64,000 nt of DNA, taken from positions 1,785,212 through 1,849,211 of the forward strand of contig OZ244722.1 of assembly GCA_965219245.1 (NCBI GenBank), given 5' to 3'. Positions within the stretch are counted from its first letter, which is position 1, and every line of letters begins with the position of its first letter. The translations under genes and the position numbers were made by a program. The stretch is from Dehalococcoidia bacterium. Lineage in GTDB: Bacteria; Chloroflexota; Dehalococcoidia; Lucifugimonadales; VXLM01. The notes beneath the pieces were generated by a model. The model did no database searches, was not told the origin of the DNA, and saw only the letters and a program-made list of their open reading frames with translations. Below are positions 55,486-63,805 of this stretch, one piece after another.

Positions 55486-55761
55486 TTGCTGCAAGACACG
55501 GCTTATGTCATAGGAATCGTCCGTGACATTCTACTCATCTTCGTCTTGGCCTTTATCGGCGTTGCTCTCTATGTGACCTATCGAAAGCTGTCGAGCGTGC
55601 TCGAATCCGTAGATGGGACACTCAAGAGCACAAGGGAAGTGGCGGAAGCGATATCGGAGCGGTTCTCGGAGTCGTCATCCTCGGGCGGAGGTGTGGCATC
55701 AGGGATTGGGAATGTCCTATCTTTTCTACTGCGACGATCTCGCGCAGATTCGGATTCGTGA
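55486..55761 (+). CDS. Small membrane-anchored protein (DUF948-like)
   Basis: TTG start with GAAGGAGGGG 7 nt upstream. One N-terminal TM (ILLIFVLAFIGVALYV) plus a helical tail. Sits upstream of a YtxH gene, as in Firmicutes ytxG/ytxH-type pairs. Confidence 0.55.
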   Translation: MLQDTAYVIGIVRDILLIFVLAFIGVALYVTYRKLSSVLESVDGTLKSTREVAEAISERFSESSSSGGGVASGIGNVLSFLLRRSRADSDS

Positions 55762-55792
55762 GTTCAGTCCAAATATAAGGAGGTTACATATC

Positions 55793-56212
55793 ATGGCTGA
55801 TAACGATAGTGGAATGGCATTTGTTTCAGGGTTTCTCCTGGGCGGATTGGTCGGCGCGGCAATAGGCCTGCTGCTCGCCCCCAAGTCCGGCGCGGAGACG
55901 CGGGCCGGTATAGCGGAGCACAGTGACGAATGGAGGCATCGGGCCGAAGACATCGCCGGTCAGATCTCCCACAACATCACTCCCGCCATCGAAAACCTGC
56001 GTCACCAGGTAGCCCCGGCGGTCGATGTCGTCCGTGAGAGGATGGGCATGGAGCCGGCCCCGGTTGTGGCTGAACCGGCCGAACCGGACATGGCGAGCGC
56101 CAACGGCGCCGAGGCAGAACCCGTACCGGAGATGGTGAGCGACGCTGCCTCCGACGTTGCGGAACCCGAAGAAGAAGCGCCCGAAGCGGCTCCAGCCGCC
56201 AAAGCGTCCTAG
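55793..56212 (+). CDS. YtxH domain-containing protein
   Basis: ATG 55793 with AAGGAGG 8 nt upstream. FLLGGLVGAAIGLLLAPKSGAETR is the YtxH signature. Confidence 0.8.
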   Translation: MADNDSGMAFVSGFLLGGLVGAAIGLLLAPKSGAETRAGIAEHSDEWRHRAEDIAGQISHNITPAIENLRHQVAPAVDVVRERMGMEPAPVVAEPAEPDMASANGAEAEPVPEMVSDAASDVAEPEEEAPEAAPAAKAS

Positions 56213-56233
56213 TTCAAAATTAGCCCGAGGATG

Positions 56234-56272
56234 GAGACGGGTGGCCCTTAGCTGGGCCACCCGTCTTGCTTT
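56234..56272 (+). terminator. Rho-independent terminator after the YtxH gene
   Basis: Stem gagacgggtggccc / gggccacccgtct with loop ttagct, followed by tgcttt. Confidence 0.6.
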
Positions 56273-56307
56273 AAGGCAGTGTAGTGCCACCTGCACCAGA
56301 AACTTCG

Positions 56308-57036
56308 TCACCGCCTCCGCAGTCCAACAACCAGGCCGACGGTGCCAAGCACCGCTCCCGATACGCCGAGCGCCAGCGCCACGATGGGCAGCACGCCCGG
56401 TCCCTCTTCCGCGGCGTCGCGCGCCTGCTCCGCCGTGCTGATGGCGCCGCGCACTGCGCTCTCCATCTCGCGGGCCGACGGGAGCTCATCCGGGAACTGG
56501 AGCGCCGCCAGCGGCCGGATGTCGTCAAAGCCTCCGCCACCGCCCCTCGACGCGAACGTCTCGTCGACCTGCATATCCTCGATGGCCCCGAAGACACGGA
56601 ACTCGTACACCCCCGGCGTCGTCGGCAACAGGTCCGCCGTGTAGCGACCGGCCTCGTTCACGTCGGCGCTCAGGTTGACCACCCGCAACGCGCCCGTGGG
56701 AACGTAGATGACCTCCACCTTGAGGGTGTTCTCCAGGCCCTCTACGGCCGCCGAATCGCCGTGGTGATTGGCCATCGCCATGCCATCTCCGTCGTCGTCC
56801 TTGCTCATTGACGTGGACTCGCTGTGGTCATCACCACCGCTCTCCGCCACCCTGGTCACTCGGACCTCCACTCCGTTCATAAACCCTTCGTACGCCGGTT
56901 CCACAATCCATCCGATGTTGATGCGGTAGTCGCCCACCTCCCGGCCTTCGTGGGCGGAAACGACGCCGACCGTCAGGCTCAGCACGGCAGCGACGGCCGC
57001 CGCAAGCCAATATCTCTTGTTAGTTACAAGCTGCAT
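56308..57036 (-). CDS. Secreted protein with mature N-terminal His and C-terminal TM anchor (possible metal/copper-binding, YcnI-like)
   Basis: Start refined to ATG 57036 (AAGGAG 5 nt upstream). The signal peptide ends VGVVSA|HEGREVGDY. His/Asp-rich loop (GGDDHSESTSMSKDDDGDGMAMANHHGD). C-terminal TM LPIVALALGVSGAVLGTVGLVVG. Confidence 0.6.
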   Translation of the reverse strand: MQLVTNKRYWLAAAVAAVLSLTVGVVSAHEGREVGDYRINIGWIVEPAYEGFMNGVEVRVTRVAESGGDDHSESTSMSKDDDGDGMAMANHHGDSAAVEGLENTLKVEVIYVPTGALRVVNLSADVNEAGRYTADLLPTTPGVYEFRVFGAIEDMQVDETFASRGGGGGFDDIRPLAALQFPDELPSAREMESAVRGAISTAEQARDAAEEGPGVLPIVALALGVSGAVLGTVGLVVGLRRR

Positions 57037-57140
57037 GAGAGCTCCTTTCATGAACTCACGCCGTCCCTGCTTTCGGGCCGCGTGGCGATGCCATGCGGGA
57101 AGTCCGATCGAAACGGTCAATGCCTATGGGGAGAAAGGAG

Positions 57141-57566
57141 CTAGGCGCGAGGGGGTTTCTTCGGAACGACGAGGATTGCGTCTTCGGGAATGAGGGAATC
57201 GGAGGAGATGCCGTAGGCGGCCGCATCGTCGTCGGGCCCTACGAAGGGCGGCGACTGCTGGATAGCTTGCACGGTAGCGTCGATCATCACCGGGCTACTG
57301 CCGTCGTAGGACGCGAGGTAGACGATGCCGTCCGTCGGCGCCTCGAATGGATGGTAGTGGAAGTGGCCCTGCACCTCGAACGGGTGAACGTGGTTAGAAT
57401 CGCTAGGCCCGAAATACAGGTGGGTGTGGTTCGGAAGCCGCTCGGCGTAGTGATGGTCGAGCAGCGGCCCCAGCGTGGGCAGGAACACCGCGGCCGTCGC
57501 AGCCGTGGTGAAGAGCGCGCTCAGTATGGCGCGCAGCACACGTCCTACCGTGAAGCGCTCTTCCAT
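57141..57566 (-). CDS. Membrane-anchored His-rich protein of unknown function
   Basis: 141 aa. N-terminal TM, then LLDHHYAERLPNHTHLYFGPSDSNHVHPFEVQGHFHYHPFE (11 His in 41 aa). Confidence 0.5.
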   Translation of the reverse strand: MEERFTVGRVLRAILSALFTTAATAAVFLPTLGPLLDHHYAERLPNHTHLYFGPSDSNHVHPFEVQGHFHYHPFEAPTDGIVYLASYDGSSPVMIDATVQAIQQSPPFVGPDDDAAAYGISSDSLIPEDAILVVPKKPPRA

Positions 57567-57599
57567 GTCTTCATTGTCCCATACGCAGTTCAGGCGCCG

Positions 57600-58460
57600 C
57601 TACACGTCTACGCTCATCAGCTCCCGTCCCCAGACGATCTCGCCATCGTAGTGATGCGCTATGTCGCGAATCGCCCGCTCCGTCTCGCCGGGCTCGTCCA
57701 TGGCGTCGGTCTGGTGCACGAGGACGAGCCGCTTCGCTCCGGCGTCCTGAGCCATCTTGGCGGCCGTCTCGCTCCCGCACATGTACTGCCCCTCAGGCGT
57801 GTCCGCCTCCTCGTTCTCGATGTAGGTGCACAGGCAGACCATCGTGTCAACGTCCTTGGCGAGGTCGACGACGCTGTCGCACGGCCTCGTGTCTCCCGTG
57901 ACGACGACGCTGCCCTCGTCGCTGTCTACCCGGTAAGCGAGAGAGTCGAGCCACGGCTCAACGTGTTCGGCCGGAGCGGCGGTTATCTCCCAGTCCGGGC
58001 CGTCGATGATCTTTCCGGGGCCCACGTCCTTTGCGACGACAACGGGCGCGGGACGGGGCAGCACGCCGCCCCGCGAGGTGAAGGCGTTCAGGCTCAGTGG
58101 GTGGTTGATCCTCGCGATCCAGTCGTGGGCGAATGCGCCCTCGTTCTCATCCATGATCCGGTGCGTGATCCTCTCCGTCAGGTTCGGGCCGTACACGCGC
58201 AGGTCTTCCTCGCCCCCGATGCAGAGGTTCCAGCGACTGAGGATGAAGCACGGGTAATCAACGTCGTGGTCGAAGTGGTGGTGCGTGAAGAAGAGGTTGT
58301 CGATCTTCGTCAGCGGTATTCCCATCTTCACCAGCTTGTGCGTCGACGCGGGGCCGCAGTCGAACATCAGCCGCTCGTCGCCGACATTGACCACGTAGCA
58401 GGAACCAAACCTCTCGGAGGCCGGTGACGGGGTGCCCGAACCAATGATGTCGATTTTCAT
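57600..58460 (-). CDS. MBL-fold metallo-hydrolase (RNase Z/BN-like)
   Basis: Start refined to ATG 58460 (AAGGAG 5 nt upstream). LFFTHHHFDHDVDY is the HxHxDH motif, with downstream His/Asp ligands. Confidence 0.85.
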   Translation of the reverse strand: MKIDIIGSGTPSPASERFGSCYVVNVGDERLMFDCGPASTHKLVKMGIPLTKIDNLFFTHHHFDHDVDYPCFILSRWNLCIGGEEDLRVYGPNLTERITHRIMDENEGAFAHDWIARINHPLSLNAFTSRGGVLPRPAPVVVAKDVGPGKIIDGPDWEITAAPAEHVEPWLDSLAYRVDSDEGSVVVTGDTRPCDSVVDLAKDVDTMVCLCTYIENEEADTPEGQYMCGSETAAKMAQDAGAKRLVLVHQTDAMDEPGETERAIRDIAHHYDGEIVWGRELMSVDV

Positions 58461-58608
58461 GTGCTCTCCTTCTGAGGTGCGCACTTTTCTCATAGGTGGA
58501 GTATGAAACTGCTATGGGCATCACCCTCACCCTAGCCCTCTCCCACGACGGGAGAGGGGATTTCACAAAGGTCTCTCTGGGTGAAGAGATTGGTGAAGGG
58601 GGAGCGTG

Positions 58609-59523
58609 TCACTCGGCGTCGCCGGTGGGGACGGGCGTCTGGCCGATGCCGTCTAGGCGGCGCTTTGCCTCGGCGTACACGTCCTCCGAGAGGGGACCGC
58701 GCATGACGGCCTCAACGTTCTCGCGCAGGTGCTCCGCGCGGGTCGTACCAACGATGATCGTGTGGGCGTGCGGGTGCGTGAGGGTGAAGCGGAGCACGAA
58801 CGCCGAGCGGCTCTCTCCCGGTTCCCGGAGCTCGTCCAGGTCGGCGCGCTCGAACTGGCCCCATGTTCCCGCGCGGTCGCCCGACGACACCTCGCCCTGC
58901 GCCACGCCACCCCTGATGATGATCCCCACGCCCGCCTCGGCCACCTTCGTGATCCAGTCCTCGTGCTCCCGCTCGAGCGCGGAGTAGGGGATCTGCATCG
59001 TGTCGAACACGCCCCAGTCGAGGAACGTCGGCAGGTATGGCAGCGTTGTCGATATGCCGAGATGCCGCACCTTGCCGGAGTCGCGCATCTCCCTCATGGC
59101 GTCGACGAGTCCGCCGTCCTCGACCTCCGCAACGGTGGGGTTGTGCGGCTGGATGATGTCCACGCTTTCGCGTCCCAGCCGTTCGAGGCTGCCGCTGATG
59201 TTGCTCAGGAAGTTCGAGCGCGTCCACACGTGGCGAGAGCTGTTGCGGTCGGGCTGGGTGTCGGTGCATCCGCACTTGGTCGCCAGCCGGAACTCGTCGT
59301 AGCGGTCGATGAGGGTCCTCCCGATCCAGTCCTCGGCGAACATGTAGTCATAGGCCGTGTCGAGGAAGTTGATGCCGCAGTCCAGCACCTCGTTATAGAG
59401 GGCAGACGCGGTCTGCTCCGTCCAATGGTGTCGGTCCGGTCGCCAAAGGGCCGTACCGAACCCCAGCCGCGTGACCTTGATGCCAGTCCGACCCAGTATG
59501 GCAGTCGGCAGTACGTCGCTCAT
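58609..59523 (-). CDS. Aldo/keto reductase
   Basis: Start refined to ATG 59523 (GGAGGAGG upstream). LGRTGIKVTRLGFGT, INFLDTAYDY, HLGIST and TIIVGTTRAEHLRENV are AKR family motifs. Confidence 0.88.
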   Translation of the reverse strand: MSDVLPTAILGRTGIKVTRLGFGTALWRPDRHHWTEQTASALYNEVLDCGINFLDTAYDYMFAEDWIGRTLIDRYDEFRLATKCGCTDTQPDRNSSRHVWTRSNFLSNISGSLERLGRESVDIIQPHNPTVAEVEDGGLVDAMREMRDSGKVRHLGISTTLPYLPTFLDWGVFDTMQIPYSALEREHEDWITKVAEAGVGIIIRGGVAQGEVSSGDRAGTWGQFERADLDELREPGESRSAFVLRFTLTHPHAHTIIVGTTRAEHLRENVEAVMRGPLSEDVYAEAKRRLDGIGQTPVPTGDAE

Positions 59524-60417
59524 AGTCGGCGCCTCCTCCACTGTTTGTGCGTACCCTCGGCAGGGCGGTCGTATGGTATCACGGGGTGAGAGAGCATACG
59601 GCCGAGCTCAGACGGAGAGCATGCGGTCGTGAGACAGACTGAGATTTTGGGACAGTTTGAGATGTCTTCCAGATCTCCTTCTTTTCTCCTTGTCCCAACT
59701 TGTCTCGCCCGTCCCGATGGGGCGTTTTGAAGCTGTTTCGACGAGACGCACCCGGCAGGCGATGCAGTGGTGAGACAGTATGTGACAAATCCCGCATGGC
59801 TAGATTTTTCCGCTCTCGTTCTCATTTTGTCTCGCGACGTTTCACGGGTCCGGGCAAGGCGGCATGAACCCGCTTCCACGACGCAGTTAGTGTAGAGCGT
59901 ATGTTCTCTTAATTCAAGTTTGGTGTTGGATTCACCTAATGGGCGCGGAGAACGTGGAGCGATAAAATGGGGTTTCCGCGCTCGGAGACCTTTGCGGTAT
60001 CTGCCCAAGAATTGTCATTCCGAGCGCAGCTGGGTACGCTCAGGTCTCTACTATCACTACGCCTTCAAGAGAATCCACTGACAGGCTGCATACCCAGAGC
60101 GTTGGTGGACAATCCAAACCTTGAACTGGCTTTGCACTAAAAGTCGATGTTGGTGCAAAAGTCGGTTGGCCTGATTGGCTTGGGAGCTATATACTTGGCG
60201 ATCCCGTGAAGCAAGAACAATAAGGGACTCAGGTGGCAAAATAAGCAATCCCAGGGTACTTACTCGTAGTACCTCAACTCTTCTAGGCGTCGGCGGGCCT
60301 CGTCTAACTCCGCTTGGGTGAACAGGCAATGCCACTGAGGATTGTCTGAAATCGCGGCTTCAAGAGTTAAGTCCAGCCGCCTACACTCCTAAAGTTCATA
60401 GAAGCCAATGGAAAAGC

Positions 60418-63045
60418 CTATGACCCAAGAGATAGCAAGTCCTCCTGTTGGGATCTGATAGATTCAAGGCTCTGGTGAATCTGTTTCTGTGCTTCCAGCA
60501 TCGCCTGAGCTTCTTTCAGGAGTTGCTCCCGGCAAGCGGGCGCAGGAAAAGGAAGCATGAATTCGTCCTTAAATATCTCTCGCCGAATTTCAGGCTGACT
60601 AGCAGAGACCGCAAGATAATAGATTTGCTTGCGCACTGCTTCCGACGAAAGAACGGACCACCACAAAAGAGACTCTTCCGGGGAGTCGGGACGAATCCCT
60701 ATGAATCCTGTTGTGACCAAAGCGTCATCAAAGGACTCTGGAATCACTACCGTCGTTCCGCGAGAACTGTTGTTTTTAGCGAAAACCACGTCATTTACCT
60801 TGACCATGAGACGCCCGCGGGTTGGCAGGTCTTCAATCGCATCCTGCTTCCAGTGGACTATGGCGCCATATCTAGTTACGTCGCCAATTTCGAAATATTT
60901 GAAGACATCGCCTTCAAGCTCCAGTACTTGAGTGGAAGACAGTTCCTTAATCATTGAGACGTCTTTCCCGCTCATGAGTTCAATTTTCCCTTGACTGGCT
61001 GCTTTCTGGAGTTGCTCCCGCAGTTGCACAAGTTCCGGGGCATAGTAAAAGGCATCGAGTCTGTCTTGAAGCTGATCGGGTGCGACCGTGAAGATTTGCA
61101 AGGGACACCCTAACGGTTCGTCCTGGTGCTCATTACGGATGATTCGGGATTCCAGGCTTTCACCGTCTAACCACTGACTGTAGAAGGAAGCAACGATGCT
61201 CAAGTTATCGCGGTGCGGGGTGTCGTGTCTGTGGTCGTCGTGTCCGACGTTGTTGGTAATGGCCATGAAAACTGCGCTCTGCTCTTCTCCCGGCATTTTC
61301 TTGCGTAGATGGAGGACCGACGTCTTTATGTTGGCCTGAGCTTTGAAAAACGCGTTGAACGGAAGGGAAACCACCTGCCTGATGATAAAGTGTTCGCGTA
61401 GAAATTCTCTGTGCCTCTTGCTGGAAGGCCCATTCAAGATAGTGTCGTCAATCACGGTGAGCAGGTCCCCACCCGGCTCCAGCAAGTCGAGGTAGCGTTC
61501 AATAAATAACATACTCGACTTTTCAGTGCTGGACAGTTTGCCATTCTGTGTGATAGCCACTTTGTATTGCTGGAGGATCGCCTTCTCCGCTTCATCACTG
61601 GCTTTGTAGGACATCGAGAACGGCGGATTGGTCAGGATTATATTGAACCGCAGTCCTTCATCGACAACCGTCTTCTTGAATTCTATTAATCCGTCCTCCT
61701 TCTCAACGTTGATACCAGACTCGATGCTGACTTCCTTGTCTAGCGCCTCGGCGTGATAGATTCGGCTTCCGCCGTCACCATGAAGGTACATATTGAGTCG
61801 GGCTACCCGCGACAAGTCTTCATTCGCTTCGATTCCGTACAGCCTTTGGTCTTGAACGGTGCGTTTCAACTGATCCTTCTCGTAGGAACTAAGGGCCGCA
61901 TAACTCTCGATCTTTTGTGTCAGAATGGCCATAGCTTCAATCAAGAACCCTCCCGTGCCACAACATCCATCCAGCACGAAAGGAGTCTGACCACCGGCAA
62001 TATTGAGGCCGCTGGTCATGGCCATGTACCTCACAATCGGCCTGGGCGTGAAATACTGCCCCAATTCCTTGCCTCGTATTGTGGCATTCAGGAATGTCTC
62101 GAACATCCTGCCATTCAGGTCTTCATCAATGCCATGGAGGTCATAGTGCTCCAACATTCTGACGACCTCTTTAATAGTCGACGGGGCCAGTCGCAAGGTT
62201 TCCCCAGGAGTGAATATGGGCTTTTTCAGGCCCTGCTTGATTTGGTCCTCGATGTCCTCCCGCAATTCTTTGAAAAGGATCGTGTCAAAAGGATTAGGAG
62301 TGGTGGCCTCCAGGGACTCAAGCCAATGAACCGAGAAAACGAAGTCGGTCTTTTTGACTAATTCGCTCTTATCGATCTTTTGATGAATTTGCCGGTCTTC
62401 CCTCATCTTGACGAATACGATTTTCACGAATTCATAGAAGGCCCATGTAGGTCCTTGTTTTTCCTTCTTCCAAATAACATCGTGACATCGATTGAACGTT
62501 TTGGTCAGCGTAGTAAGCTCAGGCCGGGAGAAGGCAAAGTCAGTTCCTTCCACGGGAACGTCGTTGAATATCCCGTAGGCAATATTCGACACCAGCAATG
62601 CGAATGCGGTGTTTCCTTCAACCAGATCATCAAAAGCCAGATAGAAAACGGGAGTGTTGCTGTCCCATGGGTAGACTGCGAGAGTATGACCGTTGCACAA
62701 GACTCCGTATTTGACCGGGTTCACCCCAGCTGGGAACGTTCTGTTGACAGCTGCAGCATAGCCCACTGGCTGGTAGACCCATGAGTCAATGGATTCGTGG
62801 GGATGTTTGGCTTCGATCACTATAACCGGCCTATTCCCCGAATCCAGCAAGACGTAGTCGGGCCTATAGTTCTCCGTGGCGCTTCCCCGAGGGATTGGCA
62901 ATGTCTCAATCGACTCTTTTGTCCGAACGCGGCTGTCTGGATAGCCAAGGCGAATCAACAGCCGATTGACTAGAAAAGTCTCGACTGCCGCTTCGTTGTT
63001 CAGGTCACTGAGGCGGCAGAACATATTCGTAATCTCAGTTGCCAA
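60418..63045 (-). CDS. Single-polypeptide restriction-modification enzyme (type IIG/IIL-like): PD-(D/E)xK nuclease + gamma-class N6-adenine methyltransferase + target-recognition domain
   Basis: TTG start with AAGGAGGA upstream. N-terminal HsdR-N-like nuclease (RPDYVLLDSGNRPVIVIEAK). MTase motif I VLDGCCGTGGFL and motif IV ILTNPPFS. C-terminal HsdS-like half-TRD. Visibly lower GC than flanking genes. Confidence 0.82.
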   Translation of the reverse strand: MATEITNMFCRLSDLNNEAAVETFLVNRLLIRLGYPDSRVRTKESIETLPIPRGSATENYRPDYVLLDSGNRPVIVIEAKHPHESIDSWVYQPVGYAAAVNRTFPAGVNPVKYGVLCNGHTLAVYPWDSNTPVFYLAFDDLVEGNTAFALLVSNIAYGIFNDVPVEGTDFAFSRPELTTLTKTFNRCHDVIWKKEKQGPTWAFYEFVKIVFVKMREDRQIHQKIDKSELVKKTDFVFSVHWLESLEATTPNPFDTILFKELREDIEDQIKQGLKKPIFTPGETLRLAPSTIKEVVRMLEHYDLHGIDEDLNGRMFETFLNATIRGKELGQYFTPRPIVRYMAMTSGLNIAGGQTPFVLDGCCGTGGFLIEAMAILTQKIESYAALSSYEKDQLKRTVQDQRLYGIEANEDLSRVARLNMYLHGDGGSRIYHAEALDKEVSIESGINVEKEDGLIEFKKTVVDEGLRFNIILTNPPFSMSYKASDEAEKAILQQYKVAITQNGKLSSTEKSSMLFIERYLDLLEPGGDLLTVIDDTILNGPSSKRHREFLREHFIIRQVVSLPFNAFFKAQANIKTSVLHLRKKMPGEEQSAVFMAITNNVGHDDHRHDTPHRDNLSIVASFYSQWLDGESLESRIIRNEHQDEPLGCPLQIFTVAPDQLQDRLDAFYYAPELVQLREQLQKAASQGKIELMSGKDVSMIKELSSTQVLELEGDVFKYFEIGDVTRYGAIVHWKQDAIEDLPTRGRLMVKVNDVVFAKNNSSRGTTVVIPESFDDALVTTGFIGIRPDSPEESLLWWSVLSSEAVRKQIYYLAVSASQPEIRREIFKDEFMLPFPAPACREQLLKEAQAMLEAQKQIHQSLESIRSQQEDLLSLGS

Positions 63046-63120
63046 CCCCTTCCTCCTTCTGGGTGGTGGCTTATCGCTGTCTTCCCGTTCCTGGACAGCG
63101 TTCGGAGTAACCGCTCTGCG

Positions 63121-63303
63121 TCAAACCGTTTCGGACTTGCGCCTGAACTGGTACGGCCGGTCCCAATTGGCGCTTTTGCACTTGGGACAGACCCTGGGAG
63201 CTTCGGTCTGATGCAGGTTCTTGGGAACCCATTCGTGTCCACACCGGCAACGATAAGCCGTTACTTTGAAAGTCCCCGGTTTCGCCTTGGTATCGGTCCC
63301 CAT
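63121..63303 (-). CDS. Small zinc-ribbon protein
   Basis: 60 aa, AAAGGAG SD. CRCGHEW...CPKCKS is a CxC...CxxC ribbon. Lies 75 nt upstream of, and co-oriented with, the R-M gene. Confidence 0.6.
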   Translation of the reverse strand: MGTDTKAKPGTFKVTAYRCRCGHEWVPKNLHQTEAPRVCPKCKSANWDRPYQFRRKSETV

Positions 63304-63333
63304 TATTGGTAACTCCTTTCACGAGATACCACC

Positions 63334-63380
63334 AATATATACCATAAGTATTGACAGGTCAACCATATTAGGTATATACT
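63334..63380. promoter_or_regulatory. Back-to-back divergent promoters sharing a palindromic -35 (TTGACAGGTCAA)
   Basis: Plus strand: TTGACA 63351..63356, 18 nt, TATACT 63375..63380. Minus strand: TTGACC (63362..63357), 17 nt, TATATT (63339..63334). Flanked by ATTGGT-containing inverted and direct repeats. Confidence 0.5.
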
Positions 63381-63410
63381 ATTGGTAGTTACTACAAAGG
63401 AGTCGCACCC

Positions 63411-63725
63411 ATGACTACCCAAGCCCCGTGCCGCACAGCCCTCAGCCCCAATGACCCTGATGACGGCGAAACTGGACGGCAACAGCGCGGAATGGCAATT
63501 GCAGCCAGTGTGCCCATTCAGAAGAACAAACTCGGCTACAAGGTTCCCTCCCAATCCGGGAACGGCTCCTACGTGGTCAGTGTAAATGGTGAGCCATTTT
63601 GCACTTGCCCGGACTTCGAAAAACGCGAAGACCGTTGCAAGCACGTATACGCCGTGGAGTTTACCATCCAGCGGGAAGCGAACTCGCCAGATGCACCCCC
63701 GACCAGTGACCGACCCTTCGGCTGA
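63411..63725 (+). CDS. SWIM zinc-finger protein
   Basis: 104 aa, AAAGGAG SD. CTCPDFEKREDRCKHVYAV is the CxCx(n)CxH SWIM signature. Confidence 0.75.
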   Translation: MTTQAPCRTALSPNDPDDGETGRQQRGMAIAASVPIQKNKLGYKVPSQSGNGSYVVSVNGEPFCTCPDFEKREDRCKHVYAVEFTIQREANSPDAPPTSDRPFG

Positions 63726-63805
63726 GCCCGCCCCAGCGCCCTGGCTGGTTACGGCATCCGCCTCACTGATATACTTCGCCGCAATTCGGCAGGCCAGAGG
63801 TCGCG

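Noticed and set aside
59520-60335. ORFs 59520..60008 (162 aa) and 60057..60335 (92 aa) as island genes
   Set aside because: They have Arg/Ser/Cys-rich, low-complexity-like composition, no SD and no motifs. The region is more plausibly non-coding or decayed. A tRNA was looked for as an island integration site, but no T-loop or acceptor-like sequence was seen.
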